From positions 96,001-160,000 of the forward strand of contig JBCCWC010000002.1 of the NCBI GenBank assembly GCA_039194325.1: 64,000 nt of DNA. The letters are read 5' to 3'. This document shows positions 19,990 through 28,578 of this stretch, piece by piece. The notes beneath the pieces were generated by a model. The model was not told the DNA's origin, searched no databases, and worked only from the letters and a program-made list of their open reading frames with translations. A program made the position numbers and the translations under genes. The DNA comes from Myxococcota bacterium. GTDB lineage: Bacteria > Myxococcota_A > Polyangia > Nannocystales > Nannocystaceae. Each line of letters opens with the position of its first letter. Position 1 is the stretch's first letter.

Positions 19990-21035
19990 GCTTCGCGCTC
20001 TCGTAGCCACCCTACGATCTGTTCGTAGACCCGGCGGGTCGACGCTCCGTTCCCGGCCGCGAATGCATCGCGGGCCAGGCGGGCCAGATCGAGCATGCGG
20101 TCGCGGTCACGACCGAGGTGATGCAGAGCCTTGGCCATGGAGAAGCGCACCCGGGCCAGCTCGACCGACGAGGCTCCCCGCCCGCGCAGCATCGCGTGGG
20201 CTTGCTCGAAGGAGCGCAGTGCGGACTCGCCTTCGCCGAGCGCGAGCTGGCAGCGCCCTACGTTGGCCATCACGTGGCCCGTCTCCCGAGGGGGGCGCGC
20301 CCGGCCCTGGTAGATCGCCAACGCCCGCTGGTGGCACTCGAGGGCGGTCGTCATGTCGCCAGCGTCCTGGAGGGCCCCGCCGAGCGAGTCGAGGATGGAG
20401 GCCACCGCGGGGTGATCCTTGCCGAACTTGACCTCGCGGATCCGCAGGGTGCGCTTGTAGGCGGTGATCGGATCGACGCTGCCCTGGACCCGCAGGTTGC
20501 CCTTGCTGTCGATCTGCTCGTCGTCGTCGGCCGCGAACCGGGAGTCGCCGGGGATGTCTTGCGACATGGCGCGCTCGATCGGGGTCGGCACGCCGTTGCT
20601 GCGCAGCTTGTCCTTGCCCTTGCCCTTGGCCAGCTCCTGGCTCTCGGAGACCAGCATGCTCGAGTCGCGGTACTCGTAGCGGAAGTCGAGGATGGCCGAT
20701 TGCCCCACGCGGATGCGATCGCCCTCGCGCAGGCCCTCGGCGTGGATCCGGCGGCCGTTGATGTAGGTGCCGTTGGTGGAGTCGAGGTCGACGAGCTTGG
20801 CGCTGCCGTCGGCGTCGCGGATGATCTTGGCGTGGTTTCGCGAGATGCCGTCGTCGATGAGCTGGACGTCCATGCCCTCGCGGCGACCGATCGAGCTCTC
20901 ACCCTCGGGCAGTTCGAACACCGTGCCGACGTGTTCACCGGTGAGCACCGTCAGGAACGCCGGTCCCCGGCGGGGACTCTTGGGGCGCACCTTGGTGGCC
21001 TGGACCGATGTCGCTTCGTCTTGACCCCCCTTCAC
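19986..21035 (-). CDS. FHA-domain protein with C-terminal TPR repeats
   Basis: IGRR, GISRNHA, DLDSTNGTYING FHA motifs; DHPAVA TPR; start refined to GTG 21035. Confidence 0.88.
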   Translation of the reverse strand: MKGGQDEATSVQATKVRPKSPRRGPAFLTVLTGEHVGTVFELPEGESSIGRREGMDVQLIDDGISRNHAKIIRDADGSAKLVDLDSTNGTYINGRRIHAEGLREGDRIRVGQSAILDFRYEYRDSSMLVSESQELAKGKGKDKLRSNGVPTPIERAMSQDIPGDSRFAADDDEQIDSKGNLRVQGSVDPITAYKRTLRIREVKFGKDHPAVASILDSLGGALQDAGDMTTALECHQRALAIYQGRARPPRETGHVMANVGRCQLALGEGESALRSFEQAHAMLRGRGASSVELARVRFSMAKALHHLGRDRDRMLDLARLARDAFAAGNGASTRRVYEQIVGWLREREA

Positions 21036-21168
21036 CTCATGCCTCCCGGGTGTCCTCAGTGCTGGTAAGGATACGGCAACTCGGCCGCGCGAGCGTACGT
21101 TCGATCGGGACGGCCCCGAAAACCGCGCCACCGGGCATCATGGGGCAATCGGGGTAGAATTCCCCGCG

Positions 21169-21600
21169 ATGGCGGACCTGCGCGGACGTTCTCTGCGGAC
21201 GCTGGCCTGGCTAGGCGACGTGGAGTTCGAGCGAGAGGTCCGGTATCGGCTGGCCCGACGCGGGGACTATCCCAGCGATCGTCTCGATGCCATGAAGACC
21301 GGCGTGGTCCGGGCCGAGGCTCAGGCGCGGCTGCTGGAGACGGTGCTCCCCGGCCTTGCCCCCGAGGAGCTCGATCTGGTGAGGCGAGGCCGAAACACCG
21401 CCCCGCCGGCCGCGGCGCGGGGAGGCCGGCGCCGGATGCAAGACTATCGGGCCGCGACTGCCCTCGAAGCCTTGGTGGCGACCTGGTGCCTGGGGGGAGA
21501 GGCAGGCCGAGAGCGCATGCAGCAGGTGCTCGGTCCCGCTCTCGACGCCGCGATCGACCGGGCGGTCGCGACTCACGCTCGACGCCCCCGACGAGGCTGA
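21169..21600 (+). CDS. mrnC: Mini-ribonuclease III
   Basis: LAWLGD, RRGRN, YRAATALEAL motifs; 143 aa, no dsRBD. Confidence 0.82.
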   Translation: MADLRGRSLRTLAWLGDVEFEREVRYRLARRGDYPSDRLDAMKTGVVRAEAQARLLETVLPGLAPEELDLVRRGRNTAPPAAARGGRRRMQDYRAATALEALVATWCLGGEAGRERMQQVLGPALDAAIDRAVATHARRPRRG

Positions 21601-21754
21601 GGGAGGTGGCTGAGGGAGGTGGTTCGGTGGCTCGAGAGGTGGGCAACTGTGGATCGGTGATCCGAGGAGTCGACGCTCTGAGCGCTGACGCCCCGTTTGC
21701 TCACCAAGTGGGAGCGAGACGGGGCGTCGAGGTGAGCGCCGGGCCGAGGCAAGC

Positions 21755-22678
21755 TCAGGCGGCGCGGCGGGACGGAAGCAGATCGGCGTTGGGCTGCTTG
21801 CGGGGTCCGGCCTCGTAGACGCGGCGTGACGGCTCCCGGATGTCCCAGACCAGCCTCACCCAGCTCATGGCCTTGAGGATGTAGTAGGTCACGTCGACCT
21901 CCCACCAAAAGAAGCCCTGCCGGCACGAGCTCATGTGGTGGTGGTGGTTGTTGTGCCAGCCCTCTCCCAGGGTGATCAGCGCCAGCAACCAGTTGTTGCG
22001 GCTGTCGTCGGTGGTCGCGTAGCGGCGCTTGCCCCAAACGTGGGCCAGCGAGTTGATGGTGAAGGTTCCGTGCCACGTCAGCACGGTGCCGAAGCAAAAC
22101 CCGATGAACAGGCCCCACCAGCCCAGCGCCAGCCAGATGCCGAACGCGAGGATGAAGGGCGGCAACAGCCACAGCTTCTCCAGCAGCACCAGCTCGGGGT
22201 AGCGGGTCAGATCCTTGACCTTGCTCCAGTCGAACGAGTCGTTGCGGTCGTAGATCCAGCCCACGTGCGAGTGCCAAAAGCCCCACCGTACCGGTGAGTG
22301 CACGTCACGCTCCGCGTCGGAGTATCGGTGGTGATCGCGATGGTGCGCCGCCCACCACAGGACCCCCCGCTGGGCGGTGGTCATGGCCGTGAATGCCAGC
22401 ACGAACTGGAACACCCGGCCGGTCTTGAAGGTGCGGTGCGAGAAGTAGCGATGGTAGCCGCCGGTCACCGCGAACATCCGGACCCCGTAGAGGACCAGCG
22501 CGCAGATCCACGCCGACGCCGGCGCGCCCATCACCAGCCCGGCGACCGCCCCCGCGATGCCGAACGCATGGATGGCGAGCATGGCGGACATCGCTCCCCA
22601 CTCGTAGTCCCTCCAGCTCCGGGCCTGTCTGCCGCTGGTGCGGACGGGCGGAGCCTGTGGAATCTCCAAGAGCTTCAT
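21755..22678 (-). CDS. Membrane fatty acyl desaturase (delta-9-like)
   Basis: His boxes GYHRYFSH, HHRDHH, WHNNHH; INSLAH; start refined to ATG 22678. Confidence 0.92.
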   Translation of the reverse strand: MKLLEIPQAPPVRTSGRQARSWRDYEWGAMSAMLAIHAFGIAGAVAGLVMGAPASAWICALVLYGVRMFAVTGGYHRYFSHRTFKTGRVFQFVLAFTAMTTAQRGVLWWAAHHRDHHRYSDAERDVHSPVRWGFWHSHVGWIYDRNDSFDWSKVKDLTRYPELVLLEKLWLLPPFILAFGIWLALGWWGLFIGFCFGTVLTWHGTFTINSLAHVWGKRRYATTDDSRNNWLLALITLGEGWHNNHHHHMSSCRQGFFWWEVDVTYYILKAMSWVRLVWDIREPSRRVYEAGPRKQPNADLLPSRRAA

Positions 22679-22873
22679 GGTCGCAGCATGGCTTCGGACG
22701 CCGTTCCATGGGGTCATACCTCCGTCCCGGTCTGTCATGGTTGTGTCACCGGACCGCGGGCCGGCCCACCTCGAACCGGACCCGTGCGATCTCTCCCACA
22801 ACGGGGCGTTATGCCTCGTGGTGGGCCATGGATTCGCGCGTGTGGATGCGCTGTTACACTCCAGCGCCGTCCG

Positions 22874-23758
22874 ATGGCCCAGATCTCGTCCGCTATCCTC
22901 GATCCGAAGGACCCGCGTGATCGCCTCTACCTCATCATCTTCGAGGCGGAGACCCCGACAGGAAAGCTGTTTGATGTCGCGCTGTTGTGGCTAATCATCG
23001 CCAGCGTTGTGACGGTGGCGTTGGAGAGCGTGGCCGGGGTGCGCGAGCACTACGGGACGCTGCTTATCGTGCTCGAGTGGTTTTACACGTCGGTGTTCAC
23101 CATTGAGTATGGCCTGCGGATCTACTGCACGCGGCGCCGGCTTCGCTACATCCTGTCGTTCTTCGGCATCATCGATCTGCTGGCGCTGTTGCCAGCGTTC
23201 ATCAGCTTGGTGTTCACCAATGTCCATTCGTTGCTGGTGATCCGCGCCTTGCGGCTTTTGCGGGTGTTCCGGGTGCTCAAGGCGGTGCGGCTGATGGGCG
23301 AGGCCTATAGCTTGATGTCGGCGGTACGCTCCAGCCTGCCCAAGATCTCGGTGTTCATTGGTGCGGTGATAGTCATCGCGCTCATCGTGGGTTCGGCGAT
23401 GTATCTCATCGAGGACGCAGAGGCGGGGTTCACCAGCATTCCGCGGGCGATGTATTGGGCCATCGTGACCATGACGACGGTGGGCTACGGCGACATTGCG
23501 CCCAAGACCGAGCTGGGGCAGTTCTTGGCGGCGGTGCTCATGATCCTCGGCTACGGGATCCTGGCCGTGCCCACCGGGATCGTCTCGGCGGAGATGGTCG
23601 CGAGCAAGAACGAGGAGGTCGGCGTCGAGGAGGGCGATAGCGCGAACGAGGTCGACGACCAGGCCGAGCTCGAAGGTGCTGTATGTCACGCCTGCGGGGC
23701 GCATGGGCATCTGCCCGGGGCCAACTTTTGCTACGTGTGCGGCTCGGCCGTCGACTGA
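22874..23758 (+). CDS. Voltage-gated potassium channel / ion transporter
   Basis: TTVGYGD selectivity filter; S4 RALRLLRVFRVLK; C-terminal CxxC...CxxC. Confidence 0.93.
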   Translation: MAQISSAILDPKDPRDRLYLIIFEAETPTGKLFDVALLWLIIASVVTVALESVAGVREHYGTLLIVLEWFYTSVFTIEYGLRIYCTRRRLRYILSFFGIIDLLALLPAFISLVFTNVHSLLVIRALRLLRVFRVLKAVRLMGEAYSLMSAVRSSLPKISVFIGAVIVIALIVGSAMYLIEDAEAGFTSIPRAMYWAIVTMTTVGYGDIAPKTELGQFLAAVLMILGYGILAVPTGIVSAEMVASKNEEVGVEEGDSANEVDDQAELEGAVCHACGAHGHLPGANFCYVCGSAVD

Positions 23759-23780
23759 GGTCTTCGTGCAGGGGTGTGCC

Positions 23781-24545
23781 GTGTCGGAGCCCGAGGTCTA
23801 CCACGCGTTGCTGCTGCTGATGTTCGGGCTGGCCGGGGTGGTGTTTGCCGTGTTGGGGCTGGTGAGCGCGCCCTACGGTCGCCACACGCGAGGAGGCTGG
23901 GGCCCTCAGATGCCGGAGCGTTGGGGCTGGGTGCTGATGGAGTCGCCGGCCGCCTTGGTGTTTGCGTGGGTCTTCTTCTCGGGCCCTCGCGCCGCCGATG
24001 TGGTTGTCCTGGTGATGTTGGGGCTTTGGCAGCTGCACTATCTCCATCGTGCCTTCGTGTACCCATGGTTGGTGCGCAGCCGTCCCGGGCAGCGGATCCC
24101 TGTGGTCATCGTATTGATGGCGGTGATCTTCAACGTGCTCAACGCCTATCTCAATGCGCGATGGTTGACCGCGCTGGGGCCCGCGTACGGGCTGGGTTGG
24201 CTGCTGAGTTTTCGGTTTCTCTATGGTTTGATGGTCTTTGGGACCGGCTTGGTCATCAATCGCTGGGCCGATCTTCGCCTTCGGGCGCTACGCAAGCCGG
24301 GTCAGGGCGGCTATGCGATCCCACGCGGGGGTCTGTACGACGAGATCTCTTGTCCCAACTACTTGGGTGAGCTGGTGCAGTGGGTCGGATGGGCCATCCT
24401 CACGTGGTCTCCGGCCGGTCTCGCCTTCGCTACGTTCACGGCCGCCAACCTGATACCCCGGGCCGTCTCCCACCATCGCTGGTACCAGCGCACCTTCCCC
24501 GACTACCCACGAAGACGACGAGCGATCATCCCCTACCTGCTGTAG
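23781..24545 (+). CDS. Steroid 5-alpha-reductase (SRD5A/DET2-like)
   Basis: APYGRH, WVLMESP, HYLHRAFVYP, YAIPRGGL, CPNYLGE, NLIPRAVSHHRWY, DYP..RRAIIP. Confidence 0.9.
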   Translation: MSEPEVYHALLLLMFGLAGVVFAVLGLVSAPYGRHTRGGWGPQMPERWGWVLMESPAALVFAWVFFSGPRAADVVVLVMLGLWQLHYLHRAFVYPWLVRSRPGQRIPVVIVLMAVIFNVLNAYLNARWLTALGPAYGLGWLLSFRFLYGLMVFGTGLVINRWADLRLRALRKPGQGGYAIPRGGLYDEISCPNYLGELVQWVGWAILTWSPAGLAFATFTAANLIPRAVSHHRWYQRTFPDYPRRRRAIIPYLL

Positions 24546-24891
24546 CTGGCCTCGATGTGCGTATCTCCCGCTGCCGCTCGAGATCCACGGGGAATCCACC
24601 CGAATGGGCATTGTCCCGGCGCTCGATTGCATCATCGCCGTCGATCCCGCGTCAGTGGCCCCAGCAGTCGGTGGCCCCAGCGGCCGGTGCCCCCTGCTCC
24701 CTTCGCGGAGCCCATGCTCCGGGATCATCGCACGGCCCGCGAGCCGGCCAGCGTCGTAGCGCGACATCGATGTCAGGCGTGACGCAGATTGCAGGGGGCA
24801 AGTCGGACACTGGCGTCATGCTCCAGGCGAAAGACGCGGTAGACCCGCCGCCGTGACAAACTTTCCCCAATGATTTCCGCCGGCGACACAA

Positions 24892-24907
24892 TGGCACGCC
24901 GGCTGCA
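24892..24907 (+). promoter_or_regulatory. Sigma54 (-24/-12) promoter
   Basis: TGGCACG-CCGG-CTGCA versus consensus TGGCACG-N4-TTGCW; exact GG-N10-GC spacing. Confidence 0.7.
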
Positions 24908-24914
24908 CCTTAGG

Positions 24915-25524
24915 GGAGCGAGCGTCTGGCGGCGGACACTACTTGACTTCGACTTACCGTTCCGACTCGCCGGGCTCTACCTTATCTTACTTGGATTGCG
25001 CCTTACTTGACTTCGCTTGGCCACTTACCTTGGACTGTCACTTTGCTTCTTCTTTTTCCTTGGCTTATCGACCGTCCTTGGCTTACGCACGAACTTCGGT
25101 TCACCGCTCGATTTGGCTTGACGCTTTGATCTTACCGCTTGGCTTTGCTCTTTCGTTTGGCTTTTGCTCTTTACTTTTTTGCTCTTTGCTTTTTTGTTTG
25201 GCTTTGTCCCTTCGCCCCTTCTCATCGCGGACGTGTTCACCTTCCCCCGGTAAACCCCGCGGCCTGGGCCAGCAGGGCGCTCTGGTTCCTCTGCGCGCCT
25301 CGACTCGGCCCCCACGATCTTCTTCGGTTGGTCCGTTCGGTACATTCCTTAGCTTGAACTTCGATAGATGTAGTGCTTGGTGTTGGTGTCTCCTAATCTA
25401 GCTTGACTTGATCTTCTTCGGTGCTTTTGCCCGTCCCGGATTCGGTGCCCGGGGCAGGCCATCTGGTCACTCCATTCTCTAGAACGCCCGGGCTCCTTGC
25501 TGGAGCCCGGGCGTTCGCGTGTTT
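24915..25524 (+). ncRNA. Candidate ~600-nt U/C-rich non-coding RNA with dense CUU motifs
   Basis: Between a sigma54-type promoter and a perfect hairpin; about 45 CTT trinucleotides (hand count) in 24940-25430; GAAC-TTCG-GTTC tetraloop hairpin at 25091-25102; no credible ORF. Ends approximate. Confidence 0.55.
25482..25524 (+). terminator. Strong hairpin, probably a bidirectional terminator
   Basis: GAACGCCCGGGCTCC-TTGCT-GGAGCCCGGGCGTTC perfect 15-bp stem, then GCGTGTTT; 37 bp beyond the convergent NUDIX stop. Confidence 0.75.
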
Positions 25525-25552
25525 GGCTCGTCGGCTTCGCCCAGACGGGTGC

Positions 25553-26062
25553 TCAGTGGCCGCGCTCTTGCAGGTATTCGCCCAAGTGCGGCACGATCGG
25601 ACGGCGGAGGATCGCATCGGGGGGTTCGAAGCTCGCCCACACGACCTCGCGGTTGTCCACCACTAGGTGCGGAGGCTCATCGACGTCGACCTCGACGATC
25701 GTCACCTTGTCGTGGCGATTTTCGAATGGGTGGACGCGGGAGTAGACCTCACGAAGCCGGTCGAGCGGGACGTGCAGATTGACCTCTTCTTGGAGCTCCC
25801 GCTGGGCGGCCTGCGCCGCGCTCTCGCCGGTGCGCACGTAGCCTCCGGGCAGGGTGTAGAAGCGCCGGTACGAATTCTTGACGAGCAGCAGTCGCCCCTC
25901 GTGCCACACTGCGATGAGGGCGCCGTGGGTGTTGGGTCGACGGACCCGCCAGTAGGCGCGGAGCATGCGGTGCGCGACCCGGTAGCCAGTACGAAAGCCG
26001 AGGTCGACCGCGGCCTTGAGGCCGGGTGCCCCCGAGGGGGAGGTAGCGTTGAAGTTGCTCAT
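25553..26062 (-). CDS. NUDIX hydrolase
   Basis: Nudix box GGYVRTGESAAQAAQRELQEEVNL; start refined to ATG 26062. Confidence 0.9.
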   Translation of the reverse strand: MSNFNATSPSGAPGLKAAVDLGFRTGYRVAHRMLRAYWRVRRPNTHGALIAVWHEGRLLLVKNSYRRFYTLPGGYVRTGESAAQAAQRELQEEVNLHVPLDRLREVYSRVHPFENRHDKVTIVEVDVDEPPHLVVDNREVVWASFEPPDAILRRPIVPHLGEYLQERGH

Positions 26063-26344
26063 CCGCGGGCTGCCCCATGAAGCCACAGGCCACCCCGACG
26101 ACGCCAGGAGATCGTCCCGAGAACGGCCGGCTCGTCGGGGGGTCGATCACGACATGCGGGCCGGCTCGTTGCTCGGGTGCCCCGCTGGGGCCGGAGGTTC
26201 GCGCGAAGCGCGGACTCGGCCAGATTTCCAAGTTGCGGTGCGGGTGGCCCCACGACCCAACCCACGAGGAGATGGGCACTAAATGGTTTCGACTGCGAAC
26301 TTCATGGGTGGCCGTGAGTCGCGCAGGACGATAATCTGGTGCAT

Positions 26345-26905
26345 GTGAGCATGGCTGCCACGCTGTACGACCGCCTGGAGCGGGTGGCGAACCTGTTGGG
26401 CTCGCAGGCGCGCGCCACGGCGCGGATTCACTCGCTCGAGCCGATCCAGCTCGAGGTGCTCCATTACTTGTATCGCTGCAATCGTTACAGCGATACCTCC
26501 AAGGCGGTCGCCGAGTTCTTCAGCCTTACCAAGGGGACGGTGTCCCAGACGGTGTCGGCATTGCATCGCAAGGGCATGATCGAGAAGGTCTCCGACGAGG
26601 CCGACGGTCGTCTGATCCACTTGCACCTGACCAAGCCCGGGGAGCGGGTCGTCAAGGAGGCGTTCCCGCCGGTGCTGTTGCAGGCGGCGTGCACCGAGGA
26701 CGATGAGGAGCTGCTGGCCCGTTTGGACGATCTGCTGCTTCGCATGCAGCGGGCCACGGGTTCGGTCAGCTTCGGTGAGTGTCAGACCTGCGTTCACTTC
26801 CAGCGTGAAGGCGATCGTCGCTTCCGTTGTGGGCTGACCGAGGAGGGCCTGCGTCGGGCCGAGATCGTCAAGATCTGTCTGGAGCACACGCGTCCCGACG
26901 ACTGA
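26345..26905 (+). CDS. MarR-family regulator with C-terminal Cys cluster
   Basis: wHTH (LTKGTVSQTVSALHRKGMI...DGR..HLHLT); FGECQTC...C...IC.EH tail; start 26345 or 26351. Confidence 0.88.
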   Translation: MSMAATLYDRLERVANLLGSQARATARIHSLEPIQLEVLHYLYRCNRYSDTSKAVAEFFSLTKGTVSQTVSALHRKGMIEKVSDEADGRLIHLHLTKPGERVVKEAFPPVLLQAACTEDDEELLARLDDLLLRMQRATGSVSFGECQTCVHFQREGDRRFRCGLTEEGLRRAEIVKICLEHTRPDD

Positions 26906-27062
26906 GGGGTCGAAGGCTCGCGGCGTTGGTCGAGCAGGACCTCCGCCGCCATGCGCTACCGGGTGCCACCAGTCGGGTGCCAGAGCGCCAACGTCAAGAA
27001 GTCCCAGAGCGCTATCGAGCCCACCCTTGGTAGGTACGACAGCAAACCTGAGACGACGTGCG

Positions 27063-27184
27063 AAAAATCAAGCTGCCCGCCGCACCCGAGGGGTGCGGAG
27101 TTGGGATGGAGTGGATGCGGCGGGCAGCCGAAGGGAACAGGTTGGCGCGAAGACTTCGAGATGGAGTTGAAGCCTTGTGCTCCC
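27063..27184 (-). ncRNA. Candidate ~120-nt small RNA with C-rich ACUCC loops and intrinsic terminator
   Basis: Minus strand: AGGCTTC-[AACTCCATCTC]-GAAGTCT hairpin inside a GGGAGCA/TGTTCCC stem; 16-bp stem GCTGCCCGCCGCATCC/GGGTGCGGCGGGCAGC followed by TTGATTTTT. Confidence 0.7.
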
Positions 27185-27191
27185 TGGTAAA

Positions 27192-27207
27192 TACAAACGC
27201 CATGCCA
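27192..27207 (-). promoter_or_regulatory. Sigma54-like promoter (one mismatch at the -12 C)
   Basis: Minus strand TGGCATG-GCGT-TTGTA, directly upstream of the candidate sRNA. Confidence 0.55.
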
Positions 27208-27261
27208 AGCCTCATGCACCCGGTTTCGGTAGGTTGCGGGCCAATTGCGTGGGTCGGGTCT

Positions 27262-27298
27262 GGCTACTGTCGTAGCCGGTGGGATCGGTGCCGTAGCC
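27262..27298. promoter_or_regulatory. Candidate enhancer (bEBP binding) site
   Basis: GGCTAC-TGTC-GTAGCC palindrome (27262-27277) plus a second GTAGCC 21 bp further on; 80-115 bp upstream of the predicted sRNA start. Confidence 0.45.
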
Positions 27299-27432
27299 AC
27301 TGGGCGAGGCGCTGAGTGCGGCGCCTTGCCGTATGGGTGGGTGGAGGCCCGAAGATCTCGCCCCTAGTGGTGGACCGGCCCGGATCGGGTACATTTCGCC
27401 GGACGTGCCCAGCGTCAAGGAGGGGAGCCGGG

Positions 27433-28527
27433 ATGTCCAGAGGCGTGAGCTACGAGGAATTCAACGAGAGCCTGCGCGATTCCAAGGCCCGCAAGCGGGT
27501 GCTTCGTCGCAAGGGTCGTCAGTTTCACGTGCTGCTTAGTCAGCAGTTCGGTCGGTCCGACATCGAGTCGCTGTGCGACACGGCGACCGCGATCCGCCGG
27601 CTCGATCGTCACCGTGAGGGACGGAGCTTCTTGCGGGGTGTGCTGGCGGGTTATCGCATCATGCACCTGTTTGCCCAGCCGAGCACCCGCACGGCCCAGT
27701 CGTTCCTCGCCGGGGCCGACAAGCTGGGGGCCACCAGTCGTACGGTCACCAACCTCAGCACCTCTTCGTTCGCCAAGGGCGAGTCGGTCGAGGACTCGGT
27801 GCGGACGCTCTCCAGCTTCTTCGACGCGATCGTGGTGCGGCATCACGAGGATGATTTCGCGACGCGAGCGGCGTGGGCCCTGTCGCGGAGCGACCGGCCG
27901 ATCCCGGTGATCTCGGCGGGTAGCGGGCGTAGCCAGCACGTGACCCAGTCGCTGCTGGACGTGTACACCCTGCGCTATTCCTTCGCCGAGCGGGGGGGCA
28001 TCGATGGCAAGACGGTGCTCATCATCGGGGACATCGCCCGCAACCGGGCCGCGCGTTCGCTGGCCTACTTGATGACCAAGTTCGACCAGCCGCGGGTCTA
28101 CTTCGTGTCCCCCAAGGATTTCGTCCCGGGGCAGGATCTGCTGGACTACCTCGACAAGCACTCCATCGAGGTGCGGATCCAAGAACGCATCGAGACCATG
28201 CTGCGCGAGCACGGCCGACAGATCGACGCGATCTACGTGACCCGCCTGCAGCAAGAGTGGGACGAGGGCGGACCCCCGGCGGAGCGGGGCAGCGGCGATC
28301 CCTACATCCTCAAGCCGGAGTATCGCGAGCTCATTCGCCCCGATTGCACGATCATGCACCCGCTGCCCCGGGTCAACGAGCTGCCCCACACGTGGGAGTC
28401 TCATCCCGGCTTTGTGGTGTGGCGACAGGTCCGAAACGGCATGTGGATCCGGGCGGCGATCTTCGCGGTGGTTCACGGCGCCGACGAGGAGATCCGAGCC
28501 CGCGCTCGCCGGCTCGATCTGCTCTAG
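27433..28527 (+). CDS. pyrB: Aspartate carbamoyltransferase catalytic subunit (divergent)
   Basis: PSTRT, KGES, VVRH, QHVTQ, YVTRLQ and MHPLPR motifs; GGGGAG RBS before ATG 27433. Confidence 0.78.
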   Translation: MSRGVSYEEFNESLRDSKARKRVLRRKGRQFHVLLSQQFGRSDIESLCDTATAIRRLDRHREGRSFLRGVLAGYRIMHLFAQPSTRTAQSFLAGADKLGATSRTVTNLSTSSFAKGESVEDSVRTLSSFFDAIVVRHHEDDFATRAAWALSRSDRPIPVISAGSGRSQHVTQSLLDVYTLRYSFAERGGIDGKTVLIIGDIARNRAARSLAYLMTKFDQPRVYFVSPKDFVPGQDLLDYLDKHSIEVRIQERIETMLREHGRQIDAIYVTRLQQEWDEGGPPAERGSGDPYILKPEYRELIRPDCTIMHPLPRVNELPHTWESHPGFVVWRQVRNGMWIRAAIFAVVHGADEEIRARARRLDLL

Positions 28528-28578
28528 TGCCCCGTGTCGGAAGTTCGTGCGGGCGGCGGGTGGCGGGCGGCGGGCTCG

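Noticed and set aside
25025..25345. Lys-rich histone-like ORF on the minus strand
   Set aside because: AAG-rich sequence continues past the stop and in other frames, codon usage is atypical, AAGGA abuts the ATG with no spacer, and the promoter and UUCG loop favour the plus strand. Not fully excluded.
24943..25401. Leu/Phe/Ser-rich plus-strand ORF
   Set aside because: TTG start, T-ending codons unlike host genes; composition follows from the U-rich tract.
27063..27184. Assignment as a Pxr homolog
   Set aside because: Only the architecture is similar; I cannot verify sequence homology without a search.
26956..27315. Short ORFs over the MarR-pyrB gap
   Set aside because: No recognisable motifs, and the minus-strand ORFs run through a clear terminator.
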